DNA from: Burkholderiales bacterium
Lineage (GTDB): Bacteria; Pseudomonadota; Gammaproteobacteria; Burkholderiales; SG8-41
Direction of reading: 5' to 3'
NCBI GenBank assembly: GCA_036262035.1
Contig: DATAJS010000011.1
Span: forward strand, 36,826-100,825
Length of the DNA: 64,000 nucleotides
The notes below the pieces were generated by a model. It was not told the origin of the DNA, ran no database searches, and saw only the letters and a program-made list of their open reading frames with translations. Of the stretch, positions 1-7,929 are shown one piece after another. The position numbers and the translations under genes are program-made. How positions within the stretch are numbered: position 1 is the first letter of the stretch; each line of letters begins with the position of its first letter.

Positions 1-530
1 ATGGCGATGCCTTCGACCGGCATGAGCTCGCTCGGCTGCTGGATCGCGACGTCCGCTTCGCCTCTCGCCACCACCGCGCCGATCAGCTCGCCGGGTTTGG
101 CGGCGATGCGTTTCGCGGCGATCTCATCCGCGATGCCGAGCTTCTCCATCGCCTTGACGAAGTGGATCCCGCTCACGCCGGCGCTGTACGACACCCCTTT
201 GGCCGCGAGCAGGAAGGCCTTGAGCTTCTCCGGCGTGCTGATGTCGGGTTTGGGGATGCCGGCCTTCACCGCGAGCGCGGTGCTGGAGCTTGCGAACGCG
301 GTGCGGGAGGCGCCCGCGAGACGCCCGGCTTCGATGAGCGGCCCCGAGAAGACTTCCGGCCCGACGAACACGTCGCCCGGCATGCCTTCGGCGATGCTCT
401 TGGCGAGAACCGGGCCTTGTCCGTACGTGACGTCGACCTTGTAGCCGCTGGCCTTCTCGAACTCGGGCGCGATGTCGTGCAGCGCTTCGCGCGCGGAGAT
501 CGTGCTGATGATGACGATGGGCGTGCTCAT
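1..530 (-). CDS. ModA-like (type II periplasmic-binding fold) solute-binding protein, N-terminal part; gene runs off the window start
   Basis: Not in the ORF track (no stop in window). Own reverse-strand translation from ATG 530-528: MSTPIVIISTISAREALHDIAPEFEKASGYKVDVTYGQGPVLAKSIAEGMPGDVFVGPEVF... AGGAGG SD lies 7 nt upstream. Family call is by resemblance only. No obvious signal peptide. Confidence 0.55.
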   Translation of the reverse strand, partial: MSTPIVIISTISAREALHDIAPEFEKASGYKVDVTYGQGPVLAKSIAEGMPGDVFVGPEVFSGPLIEAGRLAGASRTAFASSSTALAVKAGIPKPDISTPEKLKAFLLAAKGVSYSAGVSGIHFVKAMEKLGIADEIAAKRIAAKPGELIGAVVARGEADVAIQQPSELMPVEGIA

Positions 531-562
531 GCGGTTGCTCCTCCTGTGTTTTTTTCGCCGTG

Positions 563-590
563 CTTATACTAGATCAAATTCCGATGTCCA
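563..590 (-). promoter_or_regulatory. candidate sigma70-type promoter for the 530..1 gene
   Basis: Reverse strand reads TGGACA (590-585) - 16 nt - TATAAG (568-563), about 30 nt upstream of the SD/ATG. Pattern only. Confidence 0.3.
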
Positions 591-634
591 CGGTACGCGA
601 GACGCTGCTCATGGACAGCGGGCGGGTGTAGACG

Positions 635-1618
635 CTATCGGGGCTTGAGGCCGGCGTCGCGCACCACGCCGGCCAGCGTCTCGATCTGCGAGCGCAGTAT
701 CCGGTCGCATTCGTCGGGCGTCGTCGGCGCCGTGACGAACGCGATGCCTTGCAGCCGTTCCTTGATGTCGTGCTGCTCGAGCGCTTTCGCGATGTCGCGG
801 TTGATCGCGTTGATGACGGCGCGCAGCGTGCCCGCGGGCGCGAGCACCGCGTGCGAAGTCTCGGGACGTTTGAACTCGGGCATGATCTCGCCGAGCGCCG
901 GGACCTCGGGCAGCACCGGCGCGCGCTGCGGCGACGTCACCGCGAGCGCGACGAGCTTGCCTTCTTTCACGAAGGGGAGCGCCACACCCATCGTGCTCAC
1001 GGTGTAGCTGCTGCGTCCCGCGAGCACTTCGATCGCGGCTTCGGGTCCGCCCTTGAAAGCGACGTGCACGACCTTGATGCCCGCGACGTGATTGAAGCGC
1101 GCGCCGGAGAGGTGGCCCGCGGTGCCAGTCGCGCCCGAGCCGAAGATGAGCTTGCCGGGATGCGCTTTCGCCAGCGCGATGAGCTCCCTGACCGACTTCA
1201 CCTGCAGCGACGGATGGACGACGAAGAGGTTGGTGCTGAAACCGACCTGCGATATTCCCGCGAAATCCTTCTTGGGATCGTAGGGCAGCGTCGGCTGGAG
1301 CACCGCCGAGATCGTGAAGCTCGGCAGCGAATAGAGCAGCGTGTGGCCGTCGGGTGTCGCCTTGGCGACCATCGCCGCCGCGAGCGTGCCGCCGGCGCCG
1401 TTGCGGTTGTCGATGACGACCGGTTTGCCCCACGCCTCGGAGAGCCTCTGGCCCAGCATGCGCGAGATGCCGTCGGGCTGGCTGCCGGGACTGGTCGAGG
1501 CGATGAGGCGCACCGGCTTGGTCGGATAGCTTTGCGCAAAGCAAAAGCTTTTACCGCAGAGGACGCAGAGGACGCAGAGGAAAAACAAAGCACTATTGTT
1601 CGCCATTCTTCGAGTCAT
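635..1618 (-). CDS. Bug/TctC-family periplasmic solute-binding protein
   Basis: Last 327 aa of track ORF 635..2692. Signal peptide MTRRMANNSALFFLCVLCVLCGKSFCFA, then YPTKPVRL, DNRNGAGG and PDGHT motifs. GGTGGAGA SD. A second ATG lies at 1621. Confidence 0.9.
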   Translation of the reverse strand: MTRRMANNSALFFLCVLCVLCGKSFCFAQSYPTKPVRLIASTSPGSQPDGISRMLGQRLSEAWGKPVVIDNRNGAGGTLAAAMVAKATPDGHTLLYSLPSFTISAVLQPTLPYDPKKDFAGISQVGFSTNLFVVHPSLQVKSVRELIALAKAHPGKLIFGSGATGTAGHLSGARFNHVAGIKVVHVAFKGGPEAAIEVLAGRSSYTVSTMGVALPFVKEGKLVALAVTSPQRAPVLPEVPALGEIMPEFKRPETSHAVLAPAGTLRAVINAINRDIAKALEQHDIKERLQGIAFVTAPTTPDECDRILRSQIETLAGVVRDAGLKPR

Positions 1619-1667
1619 CATGCGTCTCCACCCGTTACATTCCTCCGCGTCCTCCGCGTCCTCCGTG
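1556..1667 (-). repeat. two inverted arrays of a 9-bp tandem repeat flanking the Bug start codon (potential ~24-bp RNA stem)
   Basis: 1556-1580 is GCAGAGGAC x2.8. 1642-1667 is CCTCCGCGT x2.9, the reverse complement with one T/C change per unit. Confidence 0.8.
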
Positions 1668-1677
1668 TTACTGCTTT

Positions 1678-3021
1678 TTAGCTTTTGACTTTCCATTCGT
1701 CGGGCGCACCCGGCGGCACGGCAGGAAAGCGCTTCAGGCTTTCCTGGAACTCGTGCACCAACCTGCGGATCGGCGTGCGCACCCAGCTGTTCTCGTTGCC
1801 GACGTCGGTCTCTTCCTTGGGATCGGTCGTGATGTTGAAGATCCACGGCGTCTCGAGGTGCTTCGGACCGATGTTCGGCTCGGGCTCCCACACGATGTGC
1901 ATCTTCCAGTTGCGCCACTTCACCGCGCGCAGCTCGTTCTTGATGTAGTAGACGAAGCCTTCGCGCTTCGACGGGTTCGAAGGGTTCGTGAAGAACTCGA
2001 TCTGGTCCACGCCGTCGATCGGCCGGTCTTCGGGTATTTGGGCCCCCGCAATGTGCGCGAGCGTCGTGAAGAGGTCGGTCACGTGCACGATCTCGTTCGA
2101 TACGCTGCCGGAGGGGACGCGCCCCGGCCAGCGGATCATGAACGGGACGCGCAAGCTGCCTTCCATCGACGTGTGATACGTGCCGCGCCAAGGTCCCGCG
2201 GTGCCTCGCCACGGCCGGCGGAACTCGGGACCGTTGTCGCTCGCGAAAATGAAGACGGTGTTCTCGCGCAGGCCGAGCGCGTCCACCGCGTCGACGATCT
2301 CGCCGACGCGGTGATCCATCTCGACCATCGCATCGGCGAAGTCGCCCGCGCCCGTCTTGCCCGCGAAGTCGCGGTGCGGCAGCGTGGGGTAGTGGAGCTG
2401 AGTGAGCGGGACGTACGCGAAGAAAGGCTTGCCGACATTTGCGCGCATGAAATCGATCGCGTGCTGCGCAAGCTCGCCGTCGATGCGCCGGCGCATCTCC
2501 AGGTCGTAGAGCGCGACTTCCTCCGCGGGCTCGCCCGCGCGGCCGCGCATCACGCACGGCCTGGGCACGACCGCGGGATCGAAGCCCGGCGTGCTCGTGA
2601 ACATGCTCTCGTTGGTGGTGCGCGGGATGCCGTACCACTCGTCGAAGCCGCGGTCGGTCGGATAGCGGCCGGGGCGATCGCCGAGATGCCATTTGCCGTA
2701 GATGGCCGTCGCGTAACCGCGCGCCTTGAGTAGCTGCGCGAGCGTGATCTCGGACGGATGGATGCCCTGAGGCAGTCCCGCCGGCACCGACTGCAGCGCG
2801 CCGGTGCGGATGGGATGGCGCCCGGTCATCAGCGCCGAGCGTGTGGGGACGCAGTCGCTCTCGACGTTGAAGTTGGTGAGGCGCAGGCCTTCGGCGGCGA
2901 GCGCGTCGATGCGCGGCGTCGGCGCCCCGCGCAGGATGCCGCCGCCGTAGCAGCCCAGCTCTCCCCAGCCCAGGTTGTCGGCGAGGATGAGGACGATGTT
3001 CGGTGTCTGCGCGTTGGCCAT
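1678..3021 (-). CDS. Cys-type sulfatase (arylsulfatase A-like), no signal peptide
   Basis: 447 aa from ATG 3021 inside track ORF 1678..3345. MANAQTPNIVLILADNLGWGELG...; sulfatase signature CVPTRSALMTGR (C-x-P-x-R). Confidence 0.88.
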   Translation of the reverse strand: MANAQTPNIVLILADNLGWGELGCYGGGILRGAPTPRIDALAAEGLRLTNFNVESDCVPTRSALMTGRHPIRTGALQSVPAGLPQGIHPSEITLAQLLKARGYATAIYGKWHLGDRPGRYPTDRGFDEWYGIPRTTNESMFTSTPGFDPAVVPRPCVMRGRAGEPAEEVALYDLEMRRRIDGELAQHAIDFMRANVGKPFFAYVPLTQLHYPTLPHRDFAGKTGAGDFADAMVEMDHRVGEIVDAVDALGLRENTVFIFASDNGPEFRRPWRGTAGPWRGTYHTSMEGSLRVPFMIRWPGRVPSGSVSNEIVHVTDLFTTLAHIAGAQIPEDRPIDGVDQIEFFTNPSNPSKREGFVYYIKNELRAVKWRNWKMHIVWEPEPNIGPKHLETPWIFNITTDPKEETDVGNENSWVRTPIRRLVHEFQESLKRFPAVPPGAPDEWKVKS

Positions 3022-3031
3022 GGCGTTCGAC

Positions 3032-3047
3032 GGCTTTCCCGAAAGCC
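3032..3047. promoter_or_regulatory. palindrome in the divergent sulfatase / CoA-transferase intergenic region (possible operator)
   Basis: GGCTTTC-CC-GAAAGCC, 7-bp arms, within the 79-nt divergent promoter region 3022-3100. Confidence 0.25.
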
Positions 3048-3100
3048 CGACTTTAGCGGCTTCGCAGTGGTATCGTCCAAGATTGCCTGGAGGACATACG

Positions 3101-4507
3101 ATGAACGAAGCGCTGCGCCCCATATTGCCCATCGCCGGCTGGTCCGAGGACAAGGCCCGCGAAGTCGAGATCACCGGCGGCACCGATCCCATCCTGCCGA
3201 CCCCCTTCAAGATCACCGAGACCGCGACCGCGGCGCTCGCCGCCGTCGGCCTCGCCGTGAACGACTTGTGGGAGATCCGCACCGGCCATCGCCAGAAGGT
3301 GAAGATCGACACGCGGCGCGCAACCGCAAGCTTGCGCAGCGGCACCTACATGAGCATGGAAGGCGAGAAGGTGCCCCACACGCCGCATACGGTCATGGGC
3401 ATCTATCCCGCGAAGAACGGGCGTCATTACTACGTGCACGCCAACTTCCCCAATCACCGCGAAGCCGCGCTCAAGGTGCTCGGCGTGCCCGAAGATCGTG
3501 CGCAGGTGACCAAGGCGGTCGCGAACCGCGACGCGCAGGAGCTCGAAGAAGCGATCATCGCGGCCAAAGGCGCGGGCGGCATGGTGCGCTCGCACGAGGA
3601 GTGGGCCGAGCATCCGCAGGCGAAAGCGATCGCGCAACTCCCCGTGTTCGAGATCGTGAAGATCGGCGACGCACCGGTCGAGCCGCTGCCGCCGGGCGAT
3701 CGTCCTTTATCGGGAATACGCGTGCTCGATCTCACGCGTGTGATCGCGGGGCCGACGTGCGCGCGCACGCTCGCCGAGCAGGGCGCGGACGTCTTGAAGA
3801 TCACCGCCGAGCACCTGCCGAGCCTCGGCCGGCAGGAATACGACACCGGCCACGGCAAGCTCTCCGCACGCCTCGATCTTCGCGAAGAGAAAGATCGCGA
3901 GACGCTGAAGAAGCTGGTGAGCGAAGCCGACGTGTTCTCGCAGGGCTATCGCCCGGGCACGCTCGGCGATAAAGGCTTCTCGCCCGAAGCGCTCGCTAAG
4001 ATGCGCCCCGGCATCGTCGTCGTGTCGCTGTGCGCGTTCAGCCACGTCGGGCCGTGGGCGTCGCGGCGCGGCTTCGACACCGTCATCCAGACGGTGAGCG
4101 GCATCGTGCATCGGCAGGGACAGGTCTTTCCCGGCAAGGAGCCGGGGCCGCAGTTCTATCCGGTATCGGCGATCGATTACCTCACCGGCTATCTGATGGC
4201 GACCGGCGCGATGGTCGCGCTCGCGCGCCGCGCGCGCGAAGGCGGGAGCTGGCTGGTGCGCATTTCGCTCGCGCAGGTCGGACGGTGGCTGGTCAGCCGT
4301 GGCGAAGTGCCGGAGTCGGAGCTTTCCAGGGCGGAGAAGGAGTTCAAGCCCGAAGAGCTCGAGCGCTGGTCGACGGTGACCGAGACGCCCGTCGGCAGGC
4401 TGCGCCATCTCACGCCGGTGATCGAGTTCTCCGAGACGCCGGCGCGGTGGGCGCGGCCGACGGTGCCGCTGGGGTACAACAAGCCGGAGTGGCCGGCTCG
4501 GTCCTGA
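3101..4507 (+). CDS. family III (CaiB/BaiF) CoA-transferase with ~200-aa N-terminal extension
   Basis: ATG 3101 with GGAGGA SD inside ORF 2975..4507. Core motifs: LSGIRVLDLTRVIAGPTCARTLAEQGADVLKI and GFDTVIQTVSG (catalytic Asp region). Confidence 0.85.
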   Translation: MNEALRPILPIAGWSEDKAREVEITGGTDPILPTPFKITETATAALAAVGLAVNDLWEIRTGHRQKVKIDTRRATASLRSGTYMSMEGEKVPHTPHTVMGIYPAKNGRHYYVHANFPNHREAALKVLGVPEDRAQVTKAVANRDAQELEEAIIAAKGAGGMVRSHEEWAEHPQAKAIAQLPVFEIVKIGDAPVEPLPPGDRPLSGIRVLDLTRVIAGPTCARTLAEQGADVLKITAEHLPSLGRQEYDTGHGKLSARLDLREEKDRETLKKLVSEADVFSQGYRPGTLGDKGFSPEALAKMRPGIVVVSLCAFSHVGPWASRRGFDTVIQTVSGIVHRQGQVFPGKEPGPQFYPVSAIDYLTGYLMATGAMVALARRAREGGSWLVRISLAQVGRWLVSRGEVPESELSRAEKEFKPEELERWSTVTETPVGRLRHLTPVIEFSETPARWARPTVPLGYNKPEWPARS

Positions 4508-4509
4508 CC

Positions 4510-4626
4510 GTCATTCCCGACCGCGCGCCAGCGCGAGCGATCGGGAATCCATTTTGACGTTTGAACGAAGAATGGATCCCCGCCTACGCGGGGATGATGC
4601 TTCGCGTCTCCTACGCGGGGATGACG
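4510..4626. repeat. composite GGGAAT/GGGGATGA-type palindromic intergenic repeat (second repeat family)
   Basis: ATTCCCGA...TCGGGAAT hairpin (4513-4548), ATCCCCGC-CTAC-GCGGGGAT hairpin, and direct repeat CCTACGCGGGGATGA at 4583 and 4609. It fills the whole gap between convergent genes. Confidence 0.7.
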
Positions 4627-4629
4627 GCT

Positions 4630-5364
4630 CTATGCAGGCGTGTTCTTCGCCAGAAACGCCTTGCACTTCGCCTTCGCGTTCTCCAGCGCCGCGCCTTCCT
4701 TCCACTCGGTGATGTATTCGACGTTGGGCAACAGCTGCGCGGTCTCGTCCGAGATCGGACGCGGATGCGCTTCGTCGTTGCCCGCGAGCAGCAGGCAGGA
4801 CACCTTCACGTTTTTCACGAACTCGCGATCGACGGCGTAGAGAAAGCCCGGCGCGTACAGGTTGTCGTGGAAAGCGGTCAGCACGTCCTCGGTCGCTTCG
4901 GGATGATCCTGGAGCGACTTCGCCCATTCGTTGAAGCGCACCGCGCGGCCCGGCTTCATCGCGCCGACGCGGCCGATCGGCTGCGCGATGATCGCGGCCT
5001 GGACGCGCTGCGGCGCCTGCTTGATGAAGTTCATGATGAACGAGCCGCCGATGCACTGGCCGAAGAGGACGCACTTGTCGATCTTCAGGTGGTCGAGCAC
5101 CGCGAGATGGTCGGACGTGTACGTGTCCCAGCCGTCCTTCGCGCTGATCGGCGCGCGCGAGCGGCCGCCCGACGCGTTGCGCTGATCCATGACGATCACG
5201 CGGTACTGGCCGGACCATTGCTCCACCGGTTTGATCGGCGCCGAAGCCTCGCTCCAGACCTTGATCGTCGATTGCAGTCCCGCGGGCGCGAAAGTGAGGA
5301 TCGGGAAGCCTTTGCCGTGCTCTTCGAAATAGACCGTGGCGTCGCCGTTCTGGATCGTAGGCAT
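4630..5364 (-). CDS. alpha/beta-fold hydrolase with Cys at the nucleophile-elbow position
   Basis: 244 aa from ATG 5364 (GGAGAT SD) in ORF 4630..5469. MPTIQNGDATVYFEEHGKGFPILTF...; elbow VLFGQCIGGSF. Confidence 0.8.
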   Translation of the reverse strand: MPTIQNGDATVYFEEHGKGFPILTFAPAGLQSTIKVWSEASAPIKPVEQWSGQYRVIVMDQRNASGGRSRAPISAKDGWDTYTSDHLAVLDHLKIDKCVLFGQCIGGSFIMNFIKQAPQRVQAAIIAQPIGRVGAMKPGRAVRFNEWAKSLQDHPEATEDVLTAFHDNLYAPGFLYAVDREFVKNVKVSCLLLAGNDEAHPRPISDETAQLLPNVEYITEWKEGAALENAKAKCKAFLAKNTPA

Positions 5365-5384
5365 GGTGATCTCCTTTAAGTGTC

Positions 5385-5483
5385 GTGCGCCACGGGATCG
5401 CCACGTCGCGCTGTCGCGCTCCTCGCGATGACGTGTACGGTCATTGCGAGGAGCGCAGCGACGAAGCAATCTCGTTACGAACG
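5385..5483. repeat. REP-like element, two ~45-nt units head-to-head (family 1)
   Basis: GTGCGCCACGGGATCGCC..GCGCTCCTCGCGATGAC-gtgtacg-GTCATTGCGAGGAGCGCAGCGACGAAGCAATCTCGTTACGAACG. Intercistronic. Confidence 0.8.
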
Positions 5484-5490
5484 ATAAGAC

Positions 5491-6324
5491 TCAACTCTGC
5501 GGCCGCTTCCAGCCGAGCCAGTCGACGACCGCACCGCCCATGACGCGCTCGAGGTCCCGGCCCTTGAGCCACGGCATTTCCTCGGTGAACATGGTCACGC
5601 ACTGGCGATACGAGATCGGCATGCGCGTGATGTCGGTGCCCCAGAAGCAGCGATCGGGGCCGAAGGTCTCGATGATGCGCTGCAGGTATTTGTGGATGTT
5701 GCGATACGGATACGCCTCGGTCGAGGTGCTGGGCGCGCCCGACAGCTTCACCGCGACGTTCGGCAGCTTCGCGAGCGCGAGCATGTCGTCGAGATCCTCA
5801 TAAGCCGCGTCGTCCTTCTTCGCGGCCCTGCCGCCGCCGCGCCCGATGTGGTCGATGTGCATCTTCAGGCCCGGGTGCCGTTCGGCGATCCTGCCGAAGG
5901 CGGCGATCTTGTCTCCGCTCGCCAGCAGGCCGACCCTCAGGTCCTCGCGCTCGCACGCTTTCCAGAACCAGTCGAGCGAGCCGTCGGTCCACCACGATTT
6001 CTGGTGCGGCTCGTTGAACGTGAAGCGGAAGCCGAGCATGCCGGTGCGCTCGCGCCAATGCCTGACGATCTCCTCGCGGTTGGGCGCCTGCAGGTCCATA
6101 TGTCCGAGGATGCAGAACTTGTCGGGATGCAGCTTCGCGGCCTTCACCGCGAGCTCGTTCACCGCTTCGCCGAGCGATGACGGCGGATGGATCACCGCGG
6201 CGTCGACGCCCGCGGACTTCATCTCTGCGAGCGCGTCGTCGATCCCGTAGGTGGGAATCTGGCGGTGGTGCGCGCTCATCTTGCCGTTTTCCCAGATGTG
6301 GATCTGCGAATCGACGATCAGCAT
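5491..6324 (-). CDS. amidohydrolase-2 (PF04909-type) metal-dependent hydrolase/lactonase/decarboxylase family
   Basis: 277 aa from ATG 6324 (GGGAGGA SD) in ORF 5491..6474. MLIVDSQIHIWE... N-terminal HxH-like motif and a TIM-barrel amidohydrolase pattern. Confidence 0.8.
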   Translation of the reverse strand: MLIVDSQIHIWENGKMSAHHRQIPTYGIDDALAEMKSAGVDAAVIHPPSSLGEAVNELAVKAAKLHPDKFCILGHMDLQAPNREEIVRHWRERTGMLGFRFTFNEPHQKSWWTDGSLDWFWKACEREDLRVGLLASGDKIAAFGRIAERHPGLKMHIDHIGRGGGRAAKKDDAAYEDLDDMLALAKLPNVAVKLSGAPSTSTEAYPYRNIHKYLQRIIETFGPDRCFWGTDITRMPISYRQCVTMFTEEMPWLKGRDLERVMGGAVVDWLGWKRPQS

Positions 6325-6401
6325 GGCGTTCCTCCCTGGTTGTCGGCACGATTGTAAGCGCGAACGTGAGAAGATAAGCGCGTCACTTTGGAGGGCGAAC
6401 G

Positions 6402-6929
6402 ATGAAGCATGTATTGACCATGGCGGCGCTGCTCTGCGTGGCGTGCGCGAATGCCGCCGAGCATTCCGGTCCACACGCGCACGGCGCGCCGTACGCCGGC
6501 ATGGAAAAGCGCGAGATCAAGGCGCTGTCGGACCAGCAGGTCGCGGATCTGCACGCGGGACGCGGCATGGCGCTCGCGCTGCCGGCGGAGCTCAACGGCT
6601 ATCCCGGGCCGTCGCACGTGCTCGAGCTCTCGAGGCAGCTCGCGCTGACGCCGGACCAGCAAAAGCGCACCAAGGAGATGTTCGAGACCATGCAGCGCAA
6701 CGCGGTGGGGCTCGGCCAGCGCGTGATCGACCGCGAGCGCGAGCTCGACGCGCTGTTCGCGCAGAAGAACGCGACCGGCGACAGCGTCATGGCGGCCGCC
6801 GCGGCTGCGGCGCGCGCGCAGGGCGAGCTGAGGGCGCTGCACCTGCGCTATCACGTCGCCATGCACGAGCTGCTCACGCCCGAGCAGCTCGTGCGTTACA
6901 ACCAGCTTCGAGGCTACGCCTCCAAGTGA
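6402..6929 (+). CDS. Spy/CpxP/ZraP-like periplasmic protein (LTxxQ repeats), His-rich mature N-terminus
   Basis: Signal peptide MKHVLTMAALLCVACANA; AEHSGPHAHG; LTPDQ and LTPEQ motifs; GGAGGG SD. Confidence 0.7.
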   Translation: MKHVLTMAALLCVACANAAEHSGPHAHGAPYAGMEKREIKALSDQQVADLHAGRGMALALPAELNGYPGPSHVLELSRQLALTPDQQKRTKEMFETMQRNAVGLGQRVIDRERELDALFAQKNATGDSVMAAAAAAARAQGELRALHLRYHVAMHELLTPEQLVRYNQLRGYASK

Positions 6930-7853
6930 TCAGCGCACCTTGAACACGAGCTTGCCGCGGAAGTGCCGCCCCTCGCTGATGCGGTGCGCCGCGGCCGCGT
7001 CGGACAGCGCGAAGGTCCTGATCTCCGGCAGCTTCACCGCCCCGGTCGTGACGAGGTGCGCGATGCGCTCGAGGTGCGGGCGGTCGCGGCCGACTTTCGG
7101 GCGCAGCGACTGGACGTCCTTGCGCGGCGACTCGGGCGCCGCCGGGCCCGAAGCGATCGACGCCACGCGCCCGCCGGACTTGACCACTTCGAACGAGCGC
7201 TTGTTGACGTCGCCGCCGACGGTGTCGAACACCGCGTCGACGTTCGACACCACTTTAGTGAAGTCTTCCGCGTTGTAGTCGATCACCTGGTCGGCGCCGA
7301 GGCTCTTCACGTAATCGACGTTCGCGGCGCTCGTCGTCGTGATCACCCGCGCGCCGATGTGCTTCGCGACCTGGATCGCGAAGCTCGCCACGCCGCCGGC
7401 GCCGCCCTGGATGAGGATCGTCTCGCCTTTCTGGAGCTTCAGCGTGTCCTCGATCGAGACCAGCGCGGTGAGGCCGATCAGCGCGACCGAGGCCGCCTCG
7501 ACGTGCGAGAGCTGCGCGGGCTTCTTCGCCACGATCTGTGCGTTCATCGCGACTTTCTCGGCGTAGCACTGCTCGCCGGTCTGCTCGCTCACGGCGAACA
7601 CTTCGTCGCCGACCTTGAAGTCGGTCACGCCCGGGCCGAGCGCGGCGACCACGCCGGAGAAATCGCGGCCGGGGATGTACGGGAAGAACTTGGTCGGCGC
7701 GTAGCTGCCGGCACGCACCTTCCAGTCGGCGCCGTTGACGCTCGCGGCGTGGACGTCGACCAGCACCTGGCCCGCGGCGGGCACGGGATCGGCGACCTCG
7801 CCGTATTCCATGACCTCGGGACCGCCGTTCTTCATGAAGTACGCAGCTTTCAT
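6930..7853 (-). CDS. MDR-superfamily NAD(P)H:quinone oxidoreductase-like dehydrogenase
   Basis: 307-aa ORF. GETILIQGGAGGVASFAIQVAK nucleotide-binding motif; zeta-crystallin-like layout. Confidence 0.85.
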   Translation of the reverse strand: MKAAYFMKNGGPEVMEYGEVADPVPAAGQVLVDVHAASVNGADWKVRAGSYAPTKFFPYIPGRDFSGVVAALGPGVTDFKVGDEVFAVSEQTGEQCYAEKVAMNAQIVAKKPAQLSHVEAASVALIGLTALVSIEDTLKLQKGETILIQGGAGGVASFAIQVAKHIGARVITTTSAANVDYVKSLGADQVIDYNAEDFTKVVSNVDAVFDTVGGDVNKRSFEVVKSGGRVASIASGPAAPESPRKDVQSLRPKVGRDRPHLERIAHLVTTGAVKLPEIRTFALSDAAAAHRISEGRHFRGKLVFKVR

Positions 7854-7929
7854 CTGTGCTCCCGGTATATACGTTGTGGAGTTGGGCGGATGGGCCTCAC
7901 ACTATAGCAACTGACAGCGAGGAAAAACG

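Noticed and set aside
1556-1667. Short tandem repeats considered as a CRISPR array
   Set aside because: The units are 9 bp and directly abutting with no spacers. The two arrays are in inverted orientation around a start codon. No cas genes are present.
3965-3972. GGCGATAA (also CCCGATAA at 54206-54213 and on the reverse strand at 3708-3715) as additional sigma28 -10 boxes
   Set aside because: They are 7/8 matches located inside coding sequences, with no TAAA-like -35 at N15. They are consistent with chance.
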